Counted from the first letter of the stretch, positions 50,872 through 60,426 are shown. The stretch: DNA of 64,000 nucleotides from Alphaproteobacteria bacterium (GCA_030739735.1 JASLYQ010000010.1:16712-80711); one strand, 5' to 3'. Translations and numbers: made by a program. The notes: a model not told the origin generated them from the sequence alone.

Positions 50872-53361
50872 ATGCCTTTTCTGGCCCACCGGGCTGGCCG
50901 GCCACTCGCGGCGGTCGCCACTGTTATTCTTGTCACCACCACTGCTGCCTGGAGCCAGGACGCACCCGTTTCCGTGCTGCCCGACATCGAGGTCATCGGG
51001 ACCACGCCGCTGTTGGGTACCGGCACCCCGATCAACAAGGTGCCCGGCAACCCACAGACGCTGTCCGAGGACGCCATCGAGCGCTATCCCAGCAATCAGT
51101 TGATCGATCAACTGCACAGCCAACTCAACAGCGTCACCGTTGTCGATGTCCAGAACAGTACCTATCAGAAAGATATCCGCTATCGCGGCTTCGCAGCCTC
51201 ACCCCTGCTCGGTGAATCCCAGGGCATCGCAGTGTTTCAGAACGGTGTCCGCATTAACGAGGCTTTCGGAGACACAGTGCAGTGGGACCTGATCCCCGAG
51301 CCCGCCATCCGTAGCATGAATCTGGTCAACAACAATCCCGCCTTCGGCCTCAATGCACTGGGCGGTGCGATCGCCATCGACATGCATGACGGCTTCAGCT
51401 TCCAGGGCATGGAGGCAGAAGCTCACGGTGGCTACTGGGAGCGCTGGGGCACGGAAATGCAGGCGGGCTGGGCCAACGAGAATTTTGCGGCTTACGTCGC
51501 CGCCGATCGCCAGAACGACGGCGGCTGGCGCAACGAATCCGAATCTGAGTTGTCCCGGCTTTACGGTGACGTTGCGATGGCGGGCGACGAATTCCAGATC
51601 AATTTTAATTTTACTTATGCCGACACAGACCTGATCGGCAACGGCCCGTCCCCAGCGGAACTCCTCGCCGCCAACCGGCGCGCCGTGTTCACCACACCAG
51701 ACACGACGGAAAACGAAATATTCTTCTTCCAAGGCAATGGCAGTTACGACGTCAGCGACATCGCTTCGGTTCAGGCCAATGCCTATTTCCGCCGCATCAC
51801 GCGCTCGACCCTGAACGGCGACGAGATTGCCGGCGAACAATGCGATCGCGGCGTTTTACTCGCCACATTCGCGGCTGACGGCAATCTGGCTGGCACCGTC
51901 GGCAACGGCGGCGCGGTGACCCTCAACCCAGAAAACTATCTCTGCGTCGAAGAAGATGACCCGACCCTACTCATCGACCAGAACGGCAACGCGATCGCGG
52001 CCTCCGCCGCCACTCCAGGCGCCGAGAACACCACGTCCACCCAGACCATGACCTATGGCGGCGCCATTCAGGAGGTCATTGAGGACGCCCTTTTCGGCCT
52101 CGACAACACGTTTATCTTCGGTACCGCACTCGACTTCTCGCAGACCCGCTTCCACAACGAGCAGCATGTGGGCTCGATCAATCTTGCGCGGGCGATCGTT
52201 AATACCGGCTCGCCTATCCTCAATGTGCAAGGCTATACGTCAGCCGCCGCCGGCGGCTCTCTGGTCGCCGGAGAAGCCACGCCGACGCAAATCAAGAACA
52301 CCACAGCGAGCCTCGGCATCTACGCTACCGACACGCTTGATGTCACAGATGCGCTCAGTGTCATGCTCGCTGGGCGCTTCAATCGCACCTCAAGCGATAC
52401 CAGCGACGAATTCGTATACGATGCGGTACGTGCCGGCAGCTTACAAAGCTCTAGCATCTTCAGCCGCTTCAACCCGGCGGTGGGCTTCACCTATGCGGTC
52501 GAGCCGCTAAACTCCACGGTCTATGGCAGCGCCGGCGAGAACACGCGCGCCCCGACACCAGCCGAGCTCGGCTGCGCCGATCCGAACGCGCCTTGCCGCT
52601 TCCCAAATGCTTTTCTGTCCGATCCGCCTCTCGACCAGGTGGTTTCGCGCACCTTCGAGGCCGGCGCGCGTGGCGCCATTCCCGGACTGCCCAACGATCT
52701 TGACGTGAACTGGAACTTCAGCGTCTACACTACGACCAACTTCGACGACATTCTCTTCGTCTCAGGCGGCACTGGGCTTGGCGCCGGCTTTTTCAAGAAT
52801 GTCGGTAACACCCGCCGCCGCGGCATCGAGGCAGGTGCCAACGGGCGCTGGGACCGCCTCGGCTTCTACGCCAATTACGGCTTCATTGAGGCGACCTTCG
52901 AATCCGAGTTTACCGTGGCCTCGACCAACCATCCCCTGGCAGCATCGCTCGGTGGCGGCCAGAGCATTCCGGTCTCCAAGGGTGATAACATCCCCGGTGT
53001 GCCAGACCACACGCTCAACCTCGGCGTCGATTACGCGCTCACCGAGGACTGGGTTCTGGGTGGCACCATGGTCACACGCTCGGGCGTCTATCTGCGCGGT
53101 GACGAGGGCAATCTGCTGCCGCGCACCAACGGCTATACAGTGTTCAATACCCACACTACCTACGTGCTTAGCGATTATGTGGAGGTCTTCGGGCGCATCG
53201 AGAATCTCTTCGACTCCAACTACGAGACCTTCGGCGTGCTCGGCGAGATTGGCAACGACACGCCGATCTACGAGCTACCAAACGGCATTACCAATCCCCG
53301 ATATCTCTCGCCTGGACAGCCATTCGCTGCCTATGTTGGCGTGCGCATAAGGTTGAACTAA
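50872..53361 (+). CDS. TonB-dependent outer-membrane receptor
   Basis: A signal peptide (…TTAAWSQDAP) and a plug domain with a TonB-box-like PDIEVIGT, then an 829-aa barrel with alternating beta-strand patterns. Confidence 0.8.
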   Translation: MPFLAHRAGRPLAAVATVILVTTTAAWSQDAPVSVLPDIEVIGTTPLLGTGTPINKVPGNPQTLSEDAIERYPSNQLIDQLHSQLNSVTVVDVQNSTYQKDIRYRGFAASPLLGESQGIAVFQNGVRINEAFGDTVQWDLIPEPAIRSMNLVNNNPAFGLNALGGAIAIDMHDGFSFQGMEAEAHGGYWERWGTEMQAGWANENFAAYVAADRQNDGGWRNESESELSRLYGDVAMAGDEFQINFNFTYADTDLIGNGPSPAELLAANRRAVFTTPDTTENEIFFFQGNGSYDVSDIASVQANAYFRRITRSTLNGDEIAGEQCDRGVLLATFAADGNLAGTVGNGGAVTLNPENYLCVEEDDPTLLIDQNGNAIAASAATPGAENTTSTQTMTYGGAIQEVIEDALFGLDNTFIFGTALDFSQTRFHNEQHVGSINLARAIVNTGSPILNVQGYTSAAAGGSLVAGEATPTQIKNTTASLGIYATDTLDVTDALSVMLAGRFNRTSSDTSDEFVYDAVRAGSLQSSSIFSRFNPAVGFTYAVEPLNSTVYGSAGENTRAPTPAELGCADPNAPCRFPNAFLSDPPLDQVVSRTFEAGARGAIPGLPNDLDVNWNFSVYTTTNFDDILFVSGGTGLGAGFFKNVGNTRRRGIEAGANGRWDRLGFYANYGFIEATFESEFTVASTNHPLAASLGGGQSIPVSKGDNIPGVPDHTLNLGVDYALTEDWVLGGTMVTRSGVYLRGDEGNLLPRTNGYTVFNTHTTYVLSDYVEVFGRIENLFDSNYETFGVLGEIGNDTPIYELPNGITNPRYLSPGQPFAAYVGVRIRLN

Positions 53362-54005
53362 TGACAGAGATAGGGGTCCTCGCCAGCACCCTCGACTTGC
53401 TTGCCAAAGGCGGGCCAGTGATGATGGTGCTACTTGCCGTCTCAGGCCTGGCGGTCCTGATCATCGTTGCCAAGCTGCTACAATTCGCGCGTCTCGGCCT
53501 CGGCAACCTGAAGTTTGTCGATCCGGCCATGACGGCGCTTGGGCGCAGCGAGCCGCAAGCAGCCCTGGCGCTGCTCGCTAAACGCAGGCACCCAGTGGCA
53601 CGAGCGATGGAAAGCGCGATCACCACCAGCACTGATTTCGGGCTCACGGCCGAGGATCGAGACGCCGAGATCAGTCGCGTCGGCAGTGCCCAGATCCGCG
53701 ATCTCGAAAGCCACCTGCGTGGCCTCGAGGTGATCGCAAATTTAAGTCCCCTACTCGGCCTGCTGGGCACCGTCATTGGCATGATCGGTGCCTTTGCCAA
53801 GCTTGAAGATGCCGGCTCCAAAGTCGATCCCGCCATGCTCGCCGGCGGCATTTGGGAGGCGCTTCTGACTACCGCTTTCGGGCTCGTCATTGCAATTCCG
53901 GCGTTGGCCGCCTTCTACGTGCTTGAAGGTCGCGTGGAGAGCGTGCGCGCGGTCATGAAAGATGCCGTAACGCGCATTCTAGGAAGCACGGTGGCGAGGC
54001 GCTAA
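53361..54005 (+). CDS. exbB: MotA/TolQ/ExbB proton-channel family protein
   Basis: 214 aa with three TM helices, including the conserved TM2/TM3 (…LSPLLGLLGTVIGMIGAF… …WEALLTTAFGLVIAIPA…). Confidence 0.8.
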   Translation: MTEIGVLASTLDLLAKGGPVMMVLLAVSGLAVLIIVAKLLQFARLGLGNLKFVDPAMTALGRSEPQAALALLAKRRHPVARAMESAITTSTDFGLTAEDRDAEISRVGSAQIRDLESHLRGLEVIANLSPLLGLLGTVIGMIGAFAKLEDAGSKVDPAMLAGGIWEALLTTAFGLVIAIPALAAFYVLEGRVESVRAVMKDAVTRILGSTVARR

Positions 54006-54007
54006 AC

Positions 54008-54415
54008 ATGGATTTTGGCGAGCACGAACGCGCCAAGTCCCAGCTCAGCATCGCGCCGCTGATCGACGTGGTGTTCCTACTGCTAGTCTTCTTCATGCTC
54101 GCTGGCTCGTTTATCCGCCAGACCGCGTTCGATCTGGCGATGGGCCAGCGCCCGTTACCGGGCGAGGCGACGGCCGTGGAAACCGGCCCACTACTGGTCA
54201 GGGTCGCGGACAACGGGCGCATCACCCTCAACGGCCTTGTGCTGCCGCTCGACCAGCTCGGTGGCGAGCTGCTCGGGCGCAGTGACGGCGATGCGGAGCA
54301 CAAGGTGACGCTCCGTGCCGGCGGCGGGGTCGCGGTGCAGCGGTTGGTCTCAGTGATGGATCGCATCACCGGCGCCGGCTTCCACAACATCCGTCTGACA
54401 CCGCCGGATAGCTAG
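54008..54415 (+). CDS. exbD: ExbD/TolR family biopolymer transport protein (copy 1)
   Basis: 135 aa with an N-terminal …IAPLIDVVFLLLVFFML TM anchor typical of ExbD/TolR. Confidence 0.8.
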   Translation: MDFGEHERAKSQLSIAPLIDVVFLLLVFFMLAGSFIRQTAFDLAMGQRPLPGEATAVETGPLLVRVADNGRITLNGLVLPLDQLGGELLGRSDGDAEHKVTLRAGGGVAVQRLVSVMDRITGAGFHNIRLTPPDS

Positions 54416-54417
54416 GC

Positions 54418-54837
54418 ATGAAATTTTCTGGCAGGGAACGGTTGCGCGGCGGCATCAACATGGTGCCACTGATCAATATCGTCTTTCTCCTGCTGATCTT
54501 CTTCATGCTGTCCAGCACACTTGTCACGCCCGACAACCTAGAGGTAACGCTGCCAGAATCCGAGACCGCGCGCGCCGTCGAGAGCCAACCCATCATGCTC
54601 GTCGTCGACAGCCAAGGGCGGATTACCATAAACAATCGCGAGATCCGCGCGGATGAGGTCACCAGTCGGCTGGCTGGGGTTACTGAGACCCATGCCGACG
54701 CCAGCTTGGTGATTAAAGCCGATGCCACGGCAACCTATGCTGAGCTCGGTACCTTGCTACACGCGGCCAAGACTGTCGGCATCGCGCGTATAGCGCTGGC
54801 CACGCGCGAGCCAGACTCTAAGACGACAGCACCGTGA
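54418..54837 (+). CDS. exbD: ExbD/TolR family biopolymer transport protein (copy 2)
   Basis: 139 aa with …NMVPLINIVFLLLIFFML. It is a paralogue of the preceding gene, separated by a 3-nt spacer. Confidence 0.8.
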   Translation: MKFSGRERLRGGINMVPLINIVFLLLIFFMLSSTLVTPDNLEVTLPESETARAVESQPIMLVVDSQGRITINNREIRADEVTSRLAGVTETHADASLVIKADATATYAELGTLLHAAKTVGIARIALATREPDSKTTAP

Positions 54838-56138
54838 GCGGCGTTCGCTCATACGAGTTTATAGCCGCAGCCGTGCTCTCCGGCGTGGTGCATATGGCGG
54901 CCATGACCGGGCTGGTGTTCTACCAGGCGGAGCCTGACGAAGAGGCCCCGGCGCCGATGGTCTATCTTGAGCTTAGCGCTCTCGATACAGATGTGACGGC
55001 GGAAGGCCCTGCCGATCCGGCCATGGCCCCGGCGCCAAGCCAGCTCAGCGAGACGACAGAGCCACTGCCGCCAGATGCTATGACGCCCGTGCCCCTGGCG
55101 CCGTCGCCACCGCCGGAGTTAGCCAAGATCACACCGCCCGAAGACCTTGACGAGCCATCGCCGCCGGACCTCGCGCCCCCTCCCCCGGACGAGGCACCGA
55201 TGCCCGAGCTGGCACCACCGCCGTTGGAGCTGACCGAGATCACACCGCCCGAAGACCTCAGCGAGCCACCGCCGCCGGACCTCGTACCCCCGCCCCCGGA
55301 CGAGGCGCCGATGCCCGAGCTGGCACCGCCACCGTTGGAACTGGCCGAGATCACACCGCCCGAAAACCTCAGCGTGCCACCGCCGCCGGACCTGACCCCG
55401 CCGCCGCCCGAGATCGTGCGCATGCCGGGTCTGGCGCCACCGCCGCTGCGCCTGTTGACAGAAATTGTCTCGCCCGACGATCTCGCCGAGCCACCACCAC
55501 CAGACCTGGCGCCGGCGCCCGAAGTGCTGCGCATGCCCGATCTGGTGCCACCACCATTGCAGAAACTGGCCGATATCGTGCCGCCCGAAGAACTGGCGGA
55601 ACCGCCGCCGCCCGAGACAATGCCGCCGCCGCAGCGCGACGAACTTGTCGAGTTGCCGCGCCAGCGGCCCAAACCAGAGCCGCCGGTACGCCGCGTTGAG
55701 ACACCGCCGTCGCCCGTGGCACAACCCGAGCGCACCCCCCTACCTCCGGTCGAGGAGACGCCACCGCAACAGGTCGCAAGCCTGCCCGCGCCGATACCTG
55801 CTCCCACGGCGCCACCGGGGCCTACCAGTCAGTCGCCGGAAGCGCTCGCAGCCTATGGCGGTAGCTTGTTCCACGCCATCAACACCACGGCCACACGCAA
55901 CTACCCGGCCCGCGCACTGAAACGGCGCCAGGAAGGCGTCGTGCCCATGCGACTGACGATAGACGCCGACGGCGCTCTGGTCTCAGCCATCGTCCTCGAC
56001 AAAAGCGAGGCGCCCTCGCGTCTCATCACGGCGGCACTGAAAGCCGTGCAAAAAGCCGCCCCCTTTCCTGCCTTCAGCAACGACCTCGGCAACGACCAAC
56101 GCCAATTCGACGTCCGCATCGTTTACAAGATTCGCTAG
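54834..56138 (+). CDS. tonB: TonB family energy transducer with an unusually long proline-rich tandem-repeat linker
   Basis: An N-terminal TM (…AAAVLSGVVHMAAMTGLVFY), about five imperfect 37-aa Pro-rich repeats (ELxEITPPEDLxEPPPPDLxPPPPDEAPMPELAPPPL), and a C-terminal TonB domain (…GVVPMRLTIDADGALVSAIVLDKS…). Confidence 0.8.
   Translation: MSGVRSYEFIAAAVLSGVVHMAAMTGLVFYQAEPDEEAPAPMVYLELSALDTDVTAEGPADPAMAPAPSQLSETTEPLPPDAMTPVPLAPSPPPELAKITPPEDLDEPSPPDLAPPPPDEAPMPELAPPPLELTEITPPEDLSEPPPPDLVPPPPDEAPMPELAPPPLELAEITPPENLSVPPPPDLTPPPPEIVRMPGLAPPPLRLLTEIVSPDDLAEPPPPDLAPAPEVLRMPDLVPPPLQKLADIVPPEELAEPPPPETMPPPQRDELVELPRQRPKPEPPVRRVETPPSPVAQPERTPLPPVEETPPQQVASLPAPIPAPTAPPGPTSQSPEALAAYGGSLFHAINTTATRNYPARALKRRQEGVVPMRLTIDADGALVSAIVLDKSEAPSRLITAALKAVQKAAPFPAFSNDLGNDQRQFDVRIVYKIR
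55096..55620 (+). repeat. Tandem repeat of about 111 bp, about 4.7 imperfect copies, inside tonB
   Basis: Nucleotide-level repetition is visible (…gagatcacaccgcccgaagacctcagcgagccaccgccgccggacctcg… recurs with point differences). It encodes the Pro-rich linker. Confidence 0.7.
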
Positions 56139-56211
56139 GCATAACCGGCGACGCAAACCCGGTTGGTGACTTCGCTTAAGGGTCAACCATTTGCGTGGCC
56201 GTTAGCGCCCC

Positions 56212-56943
56212 TCAGTCGTCGCACTCCAGCTCCGCCAGGCGCATCTTGGCCTGGTCCACGACGATGCTTTCGTAGGCGTTCTCGACCGGCAGGGTTGTGG
56301 CGGCGGTGAGCAAGTCCCGGGCCTGAGGGCAGTAGTCGTTGTCGAGCAAGGTCAGGCCGATGGCGTATTCGAGATTGACGCCATTCCTCTCGGGCGCCAG
56401 GGCATAGGCCTTCTCAAAAGCGGTGAGTGACTGCTCCTCATCAGCGTCGTAGAACATCCTCGCCATGAGACTGCCGGCGGCAGAGACGATCTCGGCGTGC
56501 CATGCGCCGAGGCTTAAGAGCGCCGGCACCATGTTCGGGTCGAGCGCCAGCGCCTTGTCGATGGCGCCGCGAGTTAGCTCGGCATAGCCCTCGCTGAGCG
56601 CATCTACGACGCTTATGGTCTGGGCATAACGGCCCATGGCATGGGAATGCTGCAAGTGGGCCTCGGGGTTGTTCGCATCTTGCGCAACGGCTCGCTCGGC
56701 AAGTGCGACGGCGCGGCTGAAAAGAGCTTTCTTGTCGTCCTCCGCCGCCAGGTAATAGCCGTGTAGGGCGAGGGATTCAGCGGCCATCGCCAGGGATGCC
56801 GATGTCGCTTCCGCTTCGCCGAAGTCCGCCGCTTCGAGAAAACGACCCCCATCAAAGGCAGCTTGCACCTCGGGGGAAACTTGTGCCAGCACGGGCGATG
56901 CCACGAGCATCGCCCCAACTACGGCAGCAATCAGGAATTTCAT
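56212..56943 (-). CDS. Secreted alpha-helical (TPR-like) hypothetical protein
   Basis: A signal peptide MKFLIAAVVGAMLVASPVLAQ. The mature part is Ala/Leu-rich and helical with no catalytic motif. Its start overlaps the stop of ridA (operon). Confidence 0.45.
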   Translation of the reverse strand: MKFLIAAVVGAMLVASPVLAQVSPEVQAAFDGGRFLEAADFGEAEATSASLAMAAESLALHGYYLAAEDDKKALFSRAVALAERAVAQDANNPEAHLQHSHAMGRYAQTISVVDALSEGYAELTRGAIDKALALDPNMVPALLSLGAWHAEIVSAAGSLMARMFYDADEEQSLTAFEKAYALAPERNGVNLEYAIGLTLLDNDYCPQARDLLTAATTLPVENAYESIVVDQAKMRLAELECDD

Positions 56944-57362
56944 TCTGTGTCCTCTATGACCGCTTCTGCCTCGATCTCGACTGTCAGCTCGGGCAGCACA
57001 AGCGCGCTCACCTCGACCAGCGTCGAGGCCGGGCGGACGTCGCCGAAATAGCGCTGCCGGATAGGGTTAATACGCGCGCGATCGGCTATGTCAGTGAGAT
57101 AGACCACCACCTTGGTAATTTGCTGCGGCGCGCCACCGGCCGCGCGCAGCACAGTATCGAGATTCTGCATCGCCACCTCGAACTGACCGACCGTATCGGC
57201 CGGAATGCTGCCGTCCTCGGCGATTCCCACGGTGCCGGATATCCAGATGCGATCGCCCGCCCGCGTGGCGTGGCAGTAATGGCTCACCGGCTCATGCTGA
57301 CCCGGAATCATGAAGCGCTCAATCTTGGGCATCAGACCTCCCCTTTGCACGTGGCGCATCAT
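56940..57362 (-). CDS. ridA: RidA (YjgF/TdcF/L-PSP) family reactive-intermediate deaminase
   Basis: …ATRAGDRIWISGTVGIAEDGS… …TKVVVYLTDIADRARINPIRQRYFGD…. The probable start is MPKIERF (57332). Confidence 0.75.
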   Translation of the reverse strand: MMRHVQRGGLMPKIERFMIPGQHEPVSHYCHATRAGDRIWISGTVGIAEDGSIPADTVGQFEVAMQNLDTVLRAAGGAPQQITKVVVYLTDIADRARINPIRQRYFGDVRPASTLVEVSALVLPELTVEIEAEAVIEDTE

Positions 57363-57394
57363 AACCGCGGATTGCGCAATGCAAAGCGGTTAGC

Positions 57395-58024
57395 ATGCGC
57401 GCTATGATACGACGATTCGAGGAGCGCTGGGCCGTCTACTTCGTGCCGCAGCCGGATGAATTGCTGGCAAGGCTGGGGCGGATCTGGTTCGCAGCCCATG
57501 GCCACACACCCTACCTGGCCTCGCCCCGGCAGTATGGCTTCCACGCCACCTTGAAGGCGCCGTTTGATATGACCGCAGCGGGGCTTCTCCTGAGCGCTCG
57601 ACGGTTGGCACTGCGCCTCGATCCAGTCGTCTTGCCAAGCTTAAGGGCAGTCGCCATGGGACGTTATCTGGCTTTGACGCCGGAACAGCCCTGCCCTGCC
57701 GTAGCGGCGCTGGCGCAAAGCCTGGTGGTCGGTCTCGATTTCTTTCGCGTGCCAGCGCAGCGGCACTGGGTCGGACTAACGCCGCGTCAACGCCAGAATG
57801 CCCGACGCTGGGGCTACCCCTGGACGGGGCGCGATTACCACTTTCACATGACCCTGGCCGGACCTTTCGCGAGTGTGCCGATGGCGGCTTGGCTCGAAAA
57901 CGCGCAGCAGCATTTTGCACCACTGGCCCAGCAACGCGTAGTCATCGACACGATCTCATTATGTCGGCAACCGACAGCAGGCGTGCCGTTCTCAGAGGTC
58001 GTGCGCCTGCCGCTTGGTGGTTAG
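57395..58024 (+). CDS. DUF1045 family protein (2H phosphoesterase superfamily-like)
   Basis: Two H-x-T motifs, FHATLKAPF and FHMTLAGPF, spaced about 110 aa apart in a protein of about 209 aa. Confidence 0.55.
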   Translation: MRAMIRRFEERWAVYFVPQPDELLARLGRIWFAAHGHTPYLASPRQYGFHATLKAPFDMTAAGLLLSARRLALRLDPVVLPSLRAVAMGRYLALTPEQPCPAVAALAQSLVVGLDFFRVPAQRHWVGLTPRQRQNARRWGYPWTGRDYHFHMTLAGPFASVPMAAWLENAQQHFAPLAQQRVVIDTISLCRQPTAGVPFSEVVRLPLGG

Positions 58025-58025
58025 C

Positions 58026-58682
58026 TTACTCGGCGGCGTCGCGGGCCGCTCTTTTGGCCATCTGAGCCAACGCGATGTCGAGGTCGCGGCTGTTTCGGCC
58101 GAGGCCGTTACGCACCATGTTGTCGCGCATGGGATTGCCGTTACCCGAATGGGCGACCATGCCCTCTGGCGACGTCGGGGTGGTGACAGCGGGCCAATGC
58201 CCGGGCTGCGGGTCAGAGCCCTCGACGACGATGTCGAGCGGGTCATCGTCCTCGATCACCGGCACCTTGCCGACATAGACGCAGTTCCAGCTCGCCTCGA
58301 GCGGGATGTTATTGGGGTCGAAGAAGTAGATTGACCAGATGGTGCCGTGATCGACCGCGCCTCTGACCTCGATGCCCGCCGCCTCGAGCCGGTCCTTAAG
58401 GGCGAACAGGTCCTGGCGCGAGGGAACCGTGAAAGAGACATGGTCGTAGCCGATGGACTCCTCGGTCATAGCGCCGTGAAATTTGTCGTAAGCCATCGCC
58501 TTGGCGCCATCGTAAGCAAAAAAAGCGACCGCGCCATCGCCAACCTGAAAGAAGTAGTGGCGGTAGCCGTCATGGCTAATGCCAGCGACCAATGGCATCT
58601 CCAGGAGATCGCGATAGAAGCGGATCGTCTTCTCGATATCGGGTGTGATGAACGCCAGATGGTTGAGGCCGGTAAAAATCAT
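58026..58682 (-). CDS. VOC (glyoxalase/bleomycin-resistance/extradiol dioxygenase) family protein
   Basis: MIFTGLNHLAFITPDIEKTIRFYRDLLEMPLV is a typical VOC beta-alpha-beta-beta-beta module start. A second module follows (…YDHVSFTV…). The start was trimmed from the ORF-track 58790. Confidence 0.65.
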   Translation of the reverse strand: MIFTGLNHLAFITPDIEKTIRFYRDLLEMPLVAGISHDGYRHYFFQVGDGAVAFFAYDGAKAMAYDKFHGAMTEESIGYDHVSFTVPSRQDLFALKDRLEAAGIEVRGAVDHGTIWSIYFFDPNNIPLEASWNCVYVGKVPVIEDDDPLDIVVEGSDPQPGHWPAVTTPTSPEGMVAHSGNGNPMRDNMVRNGLGRNSRDLDIALAQMAKRAARDAAE

Positions 58683-58740
58683 GCCGCACTCCTCTGTAAA
58701 CGCATCCCCACGCCGCGAAGGATAGCGCGGCGACGCGATT

Positions 58741-60153
58741 GTGCCTATAGCTGGAGAGGAAGGGAGACAGACCATGGCGCGTGCGTCCATTCACGATCTC
58801 GATACCATCATCACCCGTCTCGACAAGATGGGCCGGCTGCTGCGCGTTCACAGCACAGTTGATCCCGTGCATGACTTGGCGGCCATCGCCGCGGCCTACG
58901 AAGGGGGCCCGCGCGCGGTACTATTCGAATCCGTAGCTAATAGTGAATATCCCGTATTTACAGGACTTTACTGGTCACGCGAGTTGCTGGCAGCACTCAC
59001 CGGAAAGGACGAAGCCGAGCTACCGAGCTATGTCGGTGAGCGCATCGCCCGCTGGCAGAAGCGCCCGCGCCCACCGGTCGTGCGCGACAACGGCCCGGTG
59101 ATCGCCAACCGCCAGAAGCGGGTCAACCTCGGCAAGCTACCGATCCCAACCCATGCTTTGGAAGACGGCGGGCCTTATCTCGATGCCGGCGTGGTCATCG
59201 CGCGCGATCCCGAGAGCGGCGTGCGCAATGCCTCCATCCAGCGCTTCATGGTCGCCGACCGCAACACCCTGGTGATCAACATCGACGCCGGCCGTCACCT
59301 TGAGACTTATCTCCAGCGCGCTGCGACTCGTGGCGAGACCTTGCCCTTATCTATCAATATCGGGGTCGGGCCGGGGTTGCATTTCGCCGCCGCAACGCCA
59401 GCCGAGGCCGCACCGATCGACAGCGACGAGCTCGGCATTGCCAGCGAATTCCACGGCGCCCCGCTCGAGCTGGTCGCCAGTACCGGTACACACTCGCGCG
59501 TAGAGATGGTGGCTCACGCTATGTTCGCGCTCGAATGCGAGATAATTCCGGGCGAGCTGGCCGATGAAGGTCCCTTCGCCGAGGTCACGGGCTATTACGC
59601 CACGCGCGAGCCGCGCCCGGTGGTGCATGTCAAAGCGGTGTACCATCGCGACAACCCGATCTTCCAAACCATCATCTCAGGCGTCGAGGTTTTCAACTCG
59701 GTCGGCCTGCTCGGTGAAGCCAACGTGCTGGCGCTGGTGCAGCGCCAGGTGCCTGGTGTGCGCGACGTCTATTTCAGCCACGGCGGCTGCGGTTTCTATC
59801 ACGCCGTCGTACAGATGACGCAGGTACGCGCGGGCTGGAGCAAGCAGGCAATCCTCGCCACCTTTGCAGCTTTCCCGCCGCTGAAGATAGTCACGGTGGT
59901 CGATGACGATGTGGATATCCGCGATCCCGGTGATGTGGAGTGGGCTATGGCGACACGTCTCGACCCCGCCCACGGCATCGTCACCGTTAACAAGACTTTC
60001 GGCCACGGCCTCAATCCGAGCTTTCCTGACTATCTCGGAGCCAAGGTCGGCTTTGATGCCACCCGCCGCTTCCCCTTCGAGGCAGTGCACCACAGAGCCA
60101 AGCTAAAGACCCTGTCACTCGATAGCATCGAGATGACAACGAAAGAAATCTAG
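58741..60153 (+). CDS. UbiD-family (prFMN-dependent) decarboxylase
   Basis: About 460 aa. …GGPYLDAGVVIARDPESGVRNASIQRFMV… …VEMVAHAMFALECEI… follows the UbiD-fold pattern. An alternative start is MARASIHDL at 58774. No ubiX is present in the window. Confidence 0.6.
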   Translation: MPIAGEEGRQTMARASIHDLDTIITRLDKMGRLLRVHSTVDPVHDLAAIAAAYEGGPRAVLFESVANSEYPVFTGLYWSRELLAALTGKDEAELPSYVGERIARWQKRPRPPVVRDNGPVIANRQKRVNLGKLPIPTHALEDGGPYLDAGVVIARDPESGVRNASIQRFMVADRNTLVINIDAGRHLETYLQRAATRGETLPLSINIGVGPGLHFAAATPAEAAPIDSDELGIASEFHGAPLELVASTGTHSRVEMVAHAMFALECEIIPGELADEGPFAEVTGYYATREPRPVVHVKAVYHRDNPIFQTIISGVEVFNSVGLLGEANVLALVQRQVPGVRDVYFSHGGCGFYHAVVQMTQVRAGWSKQAILATFAAFPPLKIVTVVDDDVDIRDPGDVEWAMATRLDPAHGIVTVNKTFGHGLNPSFPDYLGAKVGFDATRRFPFEAVHHRAKLKTLSLDSIEMTTKEI

Positions 60154-60426
60154 CGCTCGGCCTAGCTGAACCTCTCGCCGAGATTGGCCAAAGCGTCGCC
60201 GGCCGGGCTGTCACCTGCATACGAGGCCAAGATAAGCCACGTCAAAGCAACATAAGTGTACGTTTTAAAAAATATTTGCCGAGAGGCTTGCATAAATCGC
60301 TCGAAATCTCCCGCGGACGACAGAGCACCGCATTGACCACCACCGGGTTCGTGCCAAAGATGCTGAATGCTATCTTGGGAACGCCGTGATCGGGGAGGTG
60401 TCGATGTGACAGACGATTCTTTGCCT

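Noticed and set aside
54962-55815. Minus-strand ORFs (281, 201 and 148 aa) within tonB
   Set aside because: They are products of the proline-codon repeat read in reverse (Gly/Arg/Ser-rich). The plus-strand TonB has a TM, a Pro-rich linker and a TonB C-terminal domain.
60162-60293. 43-aa minus-strand ORF with one hydrophobic segment upstream of the nadX-like gene
   Set aside because: Support is only an open frame in a promoter region. No conservation can be assessed here.
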